Source: Thermoplasmatota archaeon
GTDB taxonomy: Archaea; Thermoplasmatota; Poseidoniia; Poseidoniales; Thalassarchaeaceae
Length of the DNA stretch: 51,295 bases
Assembly (NCBI GenBank): GCA_036251765.1
Contig: JAZANL010000021.1
Coordinates: forward strand, 1 to 51,295
Direction: 5' to 3'
The notes under the pieces were generated by a model. That model was not told where the DNA came from, did not search any database, and worked only from the letters and a program-made list of their open reading frames with translations. Every line of letters starts with the position of its first letter. Positions within the stretch are counted from its first letter, which is position 1. The position numbers were made by a program, and so were the translations under genes. Shown piece by piece: positions 12,401 to 19,056 of this stretch.

Positions 12401-13381
12401 TTAACAAATTCGGACATTAGTGAACAAATCAACGCCCGAGTCATCCCTGCCAATGTTGGTGTGGCACACCACTTCCCAGACGGACACATGGTCCTAATCA
12501 AGATGTCAACCGAACAAGGATACTCAACCCAGGTAGAGTTGAGGGTCGACGTGCCCGAATACAACGGGCTTGAGATCAGTGAACCAGAAAACGTGTTCTT
12601 CGATAGGGAGGAAACTGCAGTTACTCTCGAGATCCCGTTCAGGAACACCGGCAACTCGGACGAGTTGTTCTACTTCGAATTCGACAGTTCTGAGTGGTGG
12701 GAGTTTGCAGGCCCAACGACACAACCTGTGCCTCCGTTCTCCGATGGGACAGCGACCTTCACACTTGTTCGCGCATCTGAACCAGAACTGCCCGCATCAT
12801 ATGCTGAAGAAATTACCTTCACCGTTTATGATCAGGATAATAATTCGTACTCGGGCTCAACGGTAATGGAAACCGACTCCCCGGAACTTTCCATAGTGGG
12901 GGATTCGGCAAGGATTCTCGGAGGGAATCGATTCGCTTCCTTTGGTCAAGTAGAGAGTTATTCTGTCAACATTTCCAACGATGGTAACGTTGACGCCCAA
13001 GACGTGACCTTGGTGGCAACTCTGTGCTCCGACATCGCCTGTCAAAATGAGTTAGGGGTTAACTCCACATCAACCGAATCCGTCTCAGCAATGAGCGAGA
13101 CAACATTCTACATCTCAATGGATTACACCCAGTTTACCGAGGCAAAGACGTATTGGATAGTCTTCTCGATAGAGGGTGAAACGCTAGACGAGAAGTCGGA
13201 GTCTTGCACTTCCCCTAGATCAGAAGGAAAGCCATCCTGCGTGTTCGAGGCTCAGCTATGGACAAGCTCTGATGAGAATGACAGTCTGAAGTATCTGGCA
13301 TACGCATTCCTGATTATGCTGCTGGCAGCTCTCCTCTACTTTACCAGACGACCAGGTAGACGAGTCAGCGCCCCGTTCTAA
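3419..13381 (+). CDS. aglB: Giant AglB/STT3 oligosaccharyltransferase with extra N-terminal membrane domain, long Ig/carboxypeptidase-regulatory-like ectodomain, TSP3-type Ca repeat, CARDB-like domain and C-terminal TM anchor
   Basis: STT3 motifs SDPWY (~4616), DHD (4967), TIGE (5591), WWDYG (6275-6289) and ADNFQ. C-terminal hydrophobic helix followed by RRPGRR. Start uncertain (3407/3419/3455). Confidence 0.88.
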   Translation: MLSHWQIGPVDGMEEGKESLQVAQFNNLVAPLAITIALLGLTIAASSFEGREVDGDFLSASIIISLSVLIPASMGRSSLLVPLGSGALRVSSITLAAALIGIIANSVAPEHFNHMFVSTFVFVAFASAALNESERFEESASLLSIVLGMRLAAFYAGGLLIAQSDSLSVIDTVRDSIGSAFFSFWLSSISLGFLVMVCLRGSIENRGKGRLMANLPNIRDKPEVGIYSSLVFASFLVPLLWICQIDSIQEYSQQSHLGVAWACFTALVIFIHAFFRAEGWHVLGALLAVNWTLYTIGHIHEIGNELPSLFAEDGFIGSFTWFFLWFWMNFFAIFFASRGVFGDIAPKRERSGFRVWWDVNSYSVMVALALLVALIVRTAWNVIPAMNANGTGLWDMTGGSDPWYMKRVVDYVIAERSHLIFDHDRAYPTGGINPRPPLFSWSLALGGLAISWILEIPADEAVWWSMSALPAIYGALIVLPIAGIASRAHSKRAGIIAAWLIALMPGHMSRSTFAMSDHDSFAMLFLAIAFYYWITAIGKIDHNKLFKTTSTNPLYILAGMRETWKRNPSLMANASMAGVAFSIMALGWKGFVYGPGILFLAYSFQVAINIFKGRDSLQFTSAALQMMLVAILVPAPFYAWPGMNLLFAPSGMQPMFYIIGFTFAVGWVSSSFRDKPWLLVVLGGSALFGSILALLFILQEAQLYNGWDILFTGGFYFSKNKIFGTIGEAQAPERGVLFASYGPIVALIAICCAFLLLWRGSRKNKSELTLLGLWTIIATYMAWSAGRFIINATPVMAVVGGIGISMLWGSASLPSFAKVWRNSGIGTPRTRFKSLWPATKARPGVPAMVMVLLLITSQHATYGIDAGIPRGDQSASEIDQSLYDIVPDILRQDLLGLFSVMNSEPYDQSDSGLWYMGTFGPSFNSQGWNEAYEWLSQQDTETPFSERPAFVSWWDYGFQALVSGQHPTVADNFQSGIPNSGAMLLSGGQEDTLSLFITTLAMGDKSINGQLGDSFISVLNNTMSEDQVKEFEAITSNNNKEFLQHRLMAVVAEYGGAELLQGNPLDSNGLTCLDPCLDTYVVLVNGEQFGESTTNSTEAMSLFDQARGSSSSFELSDFDEASHYDMAGYRYTRDIIDDYDDLSTALHRTNARFGMARAFLITAFSLEDLVQIYDGISSIDSYEVSDYDQSHGSTTSRNHEIRYFAVDNRLFPLGGKYYQDYQSYHRGQTTGIFHAPTHLSGLDLDSYITTTYETNQGPMSPDEFQTRYMEDLKAQASGASTGEDMIQMTDMDYQHLDGFFETMVARTYVGYGTSTLGLPSISGQEGDADTPSTWILPNSLTGTPGSYLQGAMALPGAMMNHFVLSNWYDPTNGTSCEQIQISGSASTVVGTPKLSSVSLYSEDSLSSGWSQLQSGGPWKVTQVEEGVIPINASTIDYDSDEETLSLSSDSLSSSNGTEFTLTGKADRYCGSIYDSNRNVKILKYYSGAKLEGSVTLEGVGPVPNARILIERDAFSGDESADEDGNVVDNDSRTYWIPIGSTQADEDGHYSFIAPAGKIRVSAFTGDPDLDSARTSLLSGSANQMSELFCNSDEQWNPYVADCLPIAAAGSRTVNPVTGILGGVYGSTWLSETIVNISGSDGHSNGQSVIEAPISVTPSTASGILSWTGELDFDGDPVVSANIVLTPSSDDVVIQPYEVMTSDGSMVGEDLRFTGIGEVTFLGGGTVESMGAVSVHDFTGTHTQAVFDNHSITGEGQFSGKGILDGTLSGEFPDCSGHIVPDGSDACMNEDGNYLLDGVANGSGKFTSYGVSEFTRELSQATFIGSGNFATSPSNDLDTFGTINGTGTFSGHGTFSGPMVRPGSFHIVDALPGEYLVSVDFGTGDPVELANPFVIPLTPSEIQTPVSITGGAVKGTVSIFTGRPLSSEVSIFSINGSSDDSNEECAGVITQPCFVIPDESGSFEVGPIVPGSYLAEVDIDEDGFPEVSQAFTFESGMVSLVSFPSEVPQTSDITFTLLDDGVSVDGLDLQFTPEDLSRSAVSSIFDNDSKTYHAELAPGIWILNYTLSDEKQLWQRVTVGDFDITESFDFLVSQVVTGVVVDKPAKGDEISEPISRVSNQEVLFQWQGFTLKSTTDSFGEFSVVLPRGAFVHATVERMVGAGGFFSNGSSFQVTDTMENITIELTDSTMVLGEVSLNREGNTYNQGFSGWTPVFAKANNLDGTTDAVWREEVDDLGRFDMLLPLGNWSFTLEAGNEMSSSSVVKEVNTSSEPMVELLVLPTNSTVEIDFFIDHEGDNNASNGTPVSYPFEIKPLTPNGAGLSVSRDGPEWTQTGLAEVSLEPGRYRIVVERANSSADEPFDTLYDTNEIFEVEIGSSTVKRSVGFEPRWLLNITLRNESGELLKNHEVKLESAENGWIQTFTTNEDGMLVEYLEEGDWIVIVEEFETNTGVYEGLRRTISASQSSAGSRLNFQTAELASVTVTLQSTSDVAAPELIDLTISSQEGLGSFVSSIGGLDQPLEIRLVPGMWNVEINQTNQDGVRTLLENTSLVESGVTVGPDLQVFLTVQKLVSVSGKVFWDLDDDGSPGFSEGLSNASVNITGDLDSPSHHLTSDDDGFWSTFLPAQSSWNITVEREGFGTETSEVEIGEISVTNNIEISAGEVEITGSISYLDQTCISSGEWQVQMIPSHGISRERITVSGNSMGEWSVMIQPGSWVAMATSTSEDSDCADLISIESIEVGVDGGSVESELTVGGTLRLETSWLDFDGDPHDLTEIDDYDLVIEYGQISWSEELGSDGVLTLLVLPGTVQTSSSFELDEGVRNVSYSGGKGISIRAGQVSPMHTLSIDRVSKQSVVATVLGLERVEVQEVDTACTNDNDGDGVINGDDAFPNDPDEWNDNDGDGTGDNADPDDDQDGDLDEDDEFPMGQGLPTNSAEGCKYQNAAFTLSIEYEGHNSFDEYTAVGTVPGADGLDWDVQFQNSSGEWVNSLTFDLGLTNSDISEQINARVIPANVGVAHHFPDGHMVLIKMSTEQGYSTQVELRVDVPEYNGLEISEPENVFFDREETAVTLEIPFRNTGNSDELFYFEFDSSEWWEFAGPTTQPVPPFSDGTATFTLVRASEPELPASYAEEITFTVYDQDNNSYSGSTVMETDSPELSIVGDSARILGGNRFASFGQVESYSVNISNDGNVDAQDVTLVATLCSDIACQNELGVNSTSTESVSAMSETTFYISMDYTQFTEAKTYWIVFSIEGETLDEKSESCTSPRSEGKPSCVFEAQLWTSSDENDSLKYLAYAFLIMLLAALLYFTRRPGRRVSAPF
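12040..12193 (+). repeat. Thrombospondin type-3-like Ca-binding repeats inside AglB
   Basis: NDNDGDGVINGDDAFPNDPDEWNDNDGDGTGDNADPDDDQDGDLDEDDEFP. Confidence 0.8.
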
Positions 13382-13414
13382 TACTACTTGTCACAGCGCA
13401 CACTGGTAGCCATC

Positions 13415-14653
13415 ATGCGTGGAGTCTCGCGTTTCGAACTGATGCCCGAGCCAGAGGACCCCAGTCTACTTACGGCAGTGGACATAGATGCTCCAGGATA
13501 TCCAGGAGAAGCTTATGGCACCACTGACGAAGACGCTAGGATGCAAAGGCGAACTATGGGCCTAATAATGAGATTCTTATGGCCATGGGGTGCAGTAGGA
13601 TTCTCCGCAATAGTCGTCTCCATCCTCCTACTCTACCCCTCGATTTATTCCTTGATCGGGGAGGTACTGGATTCCGAGTGGGCCTTCGAAGATAGCGGCA
13701 TCAGGGATCTGCAAGAGGGCGGTAACCTGGGCGAGGGAGTAAGAGTGTGCATGGTAGACACCGGAATCGACATCTCCCATCCAGACCTATCCCACCTCAC
13801 TCTGTCCGGGTTCCGTGATTTCTATAGCGAACAAGAGGCCATTCGGGATATCGGGACAAATAGTCATGGGACTTTGATGGCAGGACTTCTCGCTGCGAAT
13901 GGGTCATTCATCGGTGCTGCTCCCGAGGTTTCACTTTCCATCGCTATTTCTCTTGGCCCGGATGGAAAGTCTGCAAATGAGCGGATGGTCTCACAAGCGA
14001 TTAGGTGGTGTAGAATTTCCCAGGATTCTGACATCATTTCCCTAAGCCTAGGAACATCTCCCGGCTCTGTCTTCTCGCCATCATCTGATACCCTTGATGC
14101 CGTTAGGGAGGCATTGGAAGATGGAATTTTCGTGATTGCAGCTGCCGGAAACCGCGACCCGCAACAGAACTTTTCTGATGTCTCATCCCCTGCTAGTCTA
14201 TCGGGCGTTATCGCCGTTGGGGCCCATGATAGGAATGGCGACCCATGGGCCGACAGTGCGGTGGGTGCAAAAGTAGATCCAGAAACCGGGGAGGAACGAA
14301 GATTCCCCAATCAGAAACCGGAGATTACGGCCCCAGGAGTTGACCTATGGTCTTGCAGAGACAGTGACAGAGACCCTCCATACGCATTCTCAACGGGTAC
14401 TAGCGACTCTACGGTATTGGTTACAGGCGCACTGGCCTTGATACTCTCTGAATACAAGGGCCAAATAGCAGGAGAAAACGGAATTATCGATCAACATGAG
14501 ATGGACTTGATCAAGGTTGCACTTGCAAACTCGGCCCAGACCGAACAACAATCTGAAACTCACGACCCGAAGAAGGGATACGGCCTCTTAGATGCCAAAG
14601 AATGGTCTAGACAAGTAGAAATTGAATTTGGAATCGGGCAAGATAACAGTTGA
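13415..14653 (+). CDS. Membrane-anchored S8 (subtilisin-like) serine peptidase
   Basis: Triad motifs VDTG, HGTLMAG and GTSD; oxyanion AAGN; KPEITAPG; one N-terminal TM. Start 13415 (ATG) or 13388 (TTG). Confidence 0.88.
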   Translation: MRGVSRFELMPEPEDPSLLTAVDIDAPGYPGEAYGTTDEDARMQRRTMGLIMRFLWPWGAVGFSAIVVSILLLYPSIYSLIGEVLDSEWAFEDSGIRDLQEGGNLGEGVRVCMVDTGIDISHPDLSHLTLSGFRDFYSEQEAIRDIGTNSHGTLMAGLLAANGSFIGAAPEVSLSIAISLGPDGKSANERMVSQAIRWCRISQDSDIISLSLGTSPGSVFSPSSDTLDAVREALEDGIFVIAAAGNRDPQQNFSDVSSPASLSGVIAVGAHDRNGDPWADSAVGAKVDPETGEERRFPNQKPEITAPGVDLWSCRDSDRDPPYAFSTGTSDSTVLVTGALALILSEYKGQIAGENGIIDQHEMDLIKVALANSAQTEQQSETHDPKKGYGLLDAKEWSRQVEIEFGIGQDNS

Positions 14654-14687
14654 ATCCGCGATAATTGACTAAACCCGTTGGCCCTAT

Positions 14688-14695
14688 GGTTAAAT
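14688..14695 (+). promoter_or_regulatory. Putative TATA-like element (GGTTAAAT)
   Basis: Starts 32 nt upstream of ATG 14720; same motif class as at 3391. Confidence 0.4.
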
Positions 14696-14719
14696 TGTCT
14701 AGATGTAGTCCGATGGATT

Positions 14720-17700
14720 ATGGCGCGGGAGGAAAAATTGCGGTCAATCTCCTTAACGGGCCTATTCATGTTTAGCATATTACTTTCATTGGCCTTGCCA
14801 GCTGGAACTGTTTCCGCTTCAAATGAGACGACCACGGGGACGATTACCGGTACTGAGACTTGGGCAGGCGTACATACCCTGACCGGAGACGTCACAATAG
14901 CACCAGGTGCCAAATTAATCATCAATCCAGGAGCCACGATTGAGTTCCCAAACGGTACGCATCTGGACGTAAGGGGAAGCCTGTGTGCCGGCGTCTCTTC
15001 ATGCGGGGCATCCTCCAACGCAGGCCCTGCAATGAGAATAACCCTGAGATGGAGCGAACCCCTCAATTCTAGTGCAACTGGAGAATGCTATGGCATGAGC
15101 GCAGGAAACCAAGAGATATGGATAGACGATCCCTCATGCAGCGAGGGAGTCCTCATGAGAAGCTCCATAGATCTCTCCGAAACAGGTCTGAGATACGTCA
15201 CATTCGATAGCGCATGGGGAATACCCCAGTACGTCTCTGCAGTGGGTGAATTTCGCTACGGCGCTCTCGTTCTAGATGGTGCCAGTCCAACCCTTACCGA
15301 ACTCTCATTCAACCAGATTAACACCTCAAGCGTCTTGACAACAAACCTCGCCCAACCGACTTTCAATGGAGGGGAATTCGTTGTGGGGGCCGATGCAAGC
15401 ACTAGCATAGTTGGAGCAGCACTGCAGATTTACTCATCTGGGTCATCAGTTAGCCCATTCACTCTTTCTGATATCACGCTGACCGGCACGAACAACGGAT
15501 GCGGAAATAGGGATGGTGGAAGGCATACAATTTGGGCCGAGGACTCATTTATCGAGATTGACAACGCCGACATTTCATCAGGAGACTTCGGAATAGGCCT
15601 CTGGACATCTGCCGGCAGCGTCACTAACACGCAAATAAATGTGAATTGTAACGGCATCGATCTCAATGGAAAGAAGGCAGTAGGAGGGACCTCGTTCAGC
15701 TTTGATCTCTCCGACAATGAGATAATTACTGCTGAGGGGGCTGGAGTTTTTGCATCAGCAGGGGCATTGGTCTCGTTGACAAACAGCGAAATCAGCGGTG
15801 CTTCATCAGGCTCCGGAATTGCGGTTTACAATAGCGAGGCACATATTCACGAAAACGAAATCGGGCCAATAGGTGGTTACTTCGGGTTATGGCTAGGTGG
15901 CTCGTACGATGTAATAGCCGAAAATAACTCGATCTTTGACACCACACTGACTCCAGTCGTGGCTGGAATGTACTCATACGCCATTCAAGCCGCTTCAAGG
16001 CTATACCTGGCCAACAACTCAATCTCATACGATGGAACTGGCACCTGCAGCAGCGATACAAATTGGGGAGGGCAGTTTTCTTGTCCCGTGCTGCATGCAT
16101 ACGTCACAGGAGTGACGATGTATGACAACATCATCACCGCCGGTGGTACTGCTGATGGGATTAGGGCAGTGGGCTCGTTGTTAGATATTCAGAGAAATTC
16201 ATTCGACGTTCAGAAGACCGGTGCCGTGATCAAGAATTACGATAGCGGTTACGCAGAGTCGCAACAATTCGGCTCTCTCGCATACTTCTCTGAGAACGAC
16301 TGGAACCAAGCCGAGACAGTATACAATGTGACTAAAAGCTCAGTAACAGCCCAATCCGAGTATATCCCATCTCCTCCCAGTGGCGAATATCCTGTTCGGC
16401 TATCTTGGCCAGATCAGGAGGCATGGCCTGACAATGAATTCCAGGGTGCGATAATTCCTACCCCTGTCAAGGACTGCAACAACTGCCAGAACATGACGCC
16501 TCGGAACTTCCCGTTGGGTGTCAGCATGGATAACAACTCAACAGTTTTCACATTTGCAGATTTGACAAATCTGGACCTGTCTAAAGTCAAGATAGCAACA
16601 CAACCAACCCATTTCGCAGTACAGGTCAGCAGAGCGGAACTAGTTAGGTTCCAGACACTGATCGGCGGTGAAAAGGTAAGCGATGCATTGGTAATTGTAG
16701 AGGATGCACTGGGTAATGACCTATATCGAGTCAATACTGGTGGTGACGGATTCACTCCTTGGATAGCCCTTCCTTCAAACTTCCACCTAGACTTTAGAGG
16801 CCTAGGAGGAGGAGACAACCCCGATGGATTTGCAGATGATGAGTATGAAGACTCTTGCTCAGATGGGATTGACAACGATGGCGATCTAACTATTGACACA
16901 GCAGATTCCAGTTGCAACTATTCTGCAGGTACCAGGGAACTATCGCTCTACAGATATACCGCCTATAGATTTGGATACGGATACTACTCAGGACAGTTCA
17001 CCCTTGAGGAGAGCTCTCTGGAGGAGACTGCCCATCTGGAGAACGAGGCTCCAACTGTGATAGTCACTGAGAATGAAGGGCACTCATTCAGAAGGGTCGT
17101 AAACATCACCGGCAGCGCTCATGATGGAACATTGGCTAATAGCTACCTGACCGATGAACGGGCCCAATGGGACCAAGGAGGATATGTTCATGCGGTACAA
17201 GTTAGGAATCCATTCACAGGTTCTTGGGAGGATGCAGAATACGCCGTCGATACAAGCGGTGCGGACGAGGGTTCGGTAACTCGATTCAACAGGCCATTCA
17301 GCTCTTGGTACTACAGCATTGACATGAGCGGCCTTGCAGGGGAAGGAGATTACATATTCGAATTCAGAGCCTTTGACGGGATCGACTACAGTCCAGTGGT
17401 TACAAGGTCAATCAAACTCAACACCCAACCACCCAGCATTTTCGTAACCACGCCTAGTTCATTCTCCTCGCACGACGAAGGCTCTGTAGCCTTCGATGGG
17501 TACTCCCAGGACCCATATGGGTGTCCCGACAACTGCAATACCGACATAGGATTGGTGTACATGCAGATTTCAGGACCAAATTATCAAGTCACCAGCCCAG
17601 TGGAAACCAACTCCGATGGTACTTGGAATTGGGAATGGGACTTCAGCACCCGGCCCAGGGAACTAACAACATACACATTTACAATATGGGCATCGGATTC

Positions 17701-19000
17701 AGATTTCTGCAATGGGGATGTGGACGAGTGCCAGCCTGTAATACTGACACTGACAATTGATAATAGGAATAGCCAACCTACAATTAGTGTCAATCAACCC
17801 GTCTCCGGTACCAGAATTTCCTCTTCATTGGACACTCTCCTCACAGGGGTGGCTCGAGACTTCGATGGCGGTGTTACCAGAGTCGATTTAGAAGTAAAGG
17901 ACGTATCAAATGACTATGTCTCAGTTTTCGAAACGAGTACGAGCGAATTCTCTGAAGATGGAGTCTGGGAGATAGAGTGGGACACAACGCAACTTCGTCA
18001 CGATGCAGAATATCTTCTAAGATTCAGATCCTATGACGGTATTGACTACAGCAGCTGGACCGAAGTAAGCATAATTGCCGACAACCCACCAAATGCAGGA
18101 AATAATCAACCTGAATTCGACTCATCCAATTGGCAAAGCGAAATAACCCTTTATTGCGACTCTGAGTCAAATTCTGTTGACAAGTGCACCACTGTTGAGA
18201 TAGATCTGAAGGAATATTTCTCCGACTTGGACAATGATATTCAGTTCATCTCAGTTTACAATGACACATCAATAGACTCGGACGACAGACATCCCCTTGT
18301 CGTAGGGGTTGGAACAGATGGGGTAGCCCGTTACGACCCTGCTGACATGCTGTTTTTCGACGATGACATGGAGTCATGGACTCTTAACAACGTGATATTC
18401 ATCGCCACCGATGCATGGGACTCTCGAGTCAACTCAGACCCCGTCACCTTCAGGGTCATACCTCTTCAATTCACGATTCAGGAGCCCGAGCAATCTTGGG
18501 TTGAAGAAGATCAAATGGCGATTTATTCAGGAATAGGGCTTCCCGGAAAGCAGGTTTCAGTTCTGATCGGCGGAAACCCGGTCAACAACACAATCGTCTC
18601 TGAAGACGGCACATGGGAGTTGGGAATTCCAGCATCAAGAATCAAGGGCGACTCGTCAATACCCAAATTCACATATGCAGGGCAAACCACAGAAGTATCT
18701 GAAATCAGCAAGGGTGAGCCAACTACTGACTCAACTAGCTGGGTGTTGATTGGTGTATCTGTTTTCGTAGTGATACTGAGTTTGGCCTTCCTTGCATATT
18801 TCACTGGCTTCATAGGCATCGAAATCGATGAAGAGGAAGATTACAACAAGACTCCGGCCCAACTACCGAAGAACTACTGGGAAGGCGGAGAAGAGGAGGA
18901 AGAGGAAGAAAGCACACTTGAGAAGTATGATGACCACCCGGGTTGGCTTTGGGATTCAACTTCTGAGGAATGGGTACCTGATCCAGATTTTCAAAGATAA
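14720..19000 (+). CDS. Large cell-surface glycoprotein: signal peptide, parallel beta-helix repeats, tandem Ig-like domains, C-terminal TM and acidic Trp-ended cytoplasmic tail
   Basis: Signal peptide; TLTGDVTIAPGAKLIINPG start and ENNSI/DNEI-type beta-helix repeats; Ig-like repeats (FRAFDGIDYS, FRSYDGIDYS); CSDGIDNDGD Ca motif; TM WVLIGVSVFVVILSLAFLAYF. Confidence 0.8.
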   Translation: MAREEKLRSISLTGLFMFSILLSLALPAGTVSASNETTTGTITGTETWAGVHTLTGDVTIAPGAKLIINPGATIEFPNGTHLDVRGSLCAGVSSCGASSNAGPAMRITLRWSEPLNSSATGECYGMSAGNQEIWIDDPSCSEGVLMRSSIDLSETGLRYVTFDSAWGIPQYVSAVGEFRYGALVLDGASPTLTELSFNQINTSSVLTTNLAQPTFNGGEFVVGADASTSIVGAALQIYSSGSSVSPFTLSDITLTGTNNGCGNRDGGRHTIWAEDSFIEIDNADISSGDFGIGLWTSAGSVTNTQINVNCNGIDLNGKKAVGGTSFSFDLSDNEIITAEGAGVFASAGALVSLTNSEISGASSGSGIAVYNSEAHIHENEIGPIGGYFGLWLGGSYDVIAENNSIFDTTLTPVVAGMYSYAIQAASRLYLANNSISYDGTGTCSSDTNWGGQFSCPVLHAYVTGVTMYDNIITAGGTADGIRAVGSLLDIQRNSFDVQKTGAVIKNYDSGYAESQQFGSLAYFSENDWNQAETVYNVTKSSVTAQSEYIPSPPSGEYPVRLSWPDQEAWPDNEFQGAIIPTPVKDCNNCQNMTPRNFPLGVSMDNNSTVFTFADLTNLDLSKVKIATQPTHFAVQVSRAELVRFQTLIGGEKVSDALVIVEDALGNDLYRVNTGGDGFTPWIALPSNFHLDFRGLGGGDNPDGFADDEYEDSCSDGIDNDGDLTIDTADSSCNYSAGTRELSLYRYTAYRFGYGYYSGQFTLEESSLEETAHLENEAPTVIVTENEGHSFRRVVNITGSAHDGTLANSYLTDERAQWDQGGYVHAVQVRNPFTGSWEDAEYAVDTSGADEGSVTRFNRPFSSWYYSIDMSGLAGEGDYIFEFRAFDGIDYSPVVTRSIKLNTQPPSIFVTTPSSFSSHDEGSVAFDGYSQDPYGCPDNCNTDIGLVYMQISGPNYQVTSPVETNSDGTWNWEWDFSTRPRELTTYTFTIWASDSDFCNGDVDECQPVILTLTIDNRNSQPTISVNQPVSGTRISSSLDTLLTGVARDFDGGVTRVDLEVKDVSNDYVSVFETSTSEFSEDGVWEIEWDTTQLRHDAEYLLRFRSYDGIDYSSWTEVSIIADNPPNAGNNQPEFDSSNWQSEITLYCDSESNSVDKCTTVEIDLKEYFSDLDNDIQFISVYNDTSIDSDDRHPLVVGVGTDGVARYDPADMLFFDDDMESWTLNNVIFIATDAWDSRVNSDPVTFRVIPLQFTIQEPEQSWVEEDQMAIYSGIGLPGKQVSVLIGGNPVNNTIVSEDGTWELGIPASRIKGDSSIPKFTYAGQTTEVSEISKGEPTTDSTSWVLIGVSVFVVILSLAFLAYFTGFIGIEIDEEEDYNKTPAQLPKNYWEGGEEEEEEESTLEKYDDHPGWLWDSTSEEWVPDPDFQR

Positions 19001-19056
19001 TGTAGATTACAAGTTCTACTAACATTTGTATATTGAGTGAGATTAGTGTTGGGTAT

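Noticed and set aside
18885-18912. GAA/GAG purine run as a possible microsatellite or phase-variation tract
   Set aside because: Mixed codons encoding a poly-Glu linker, not a perfect repeat.
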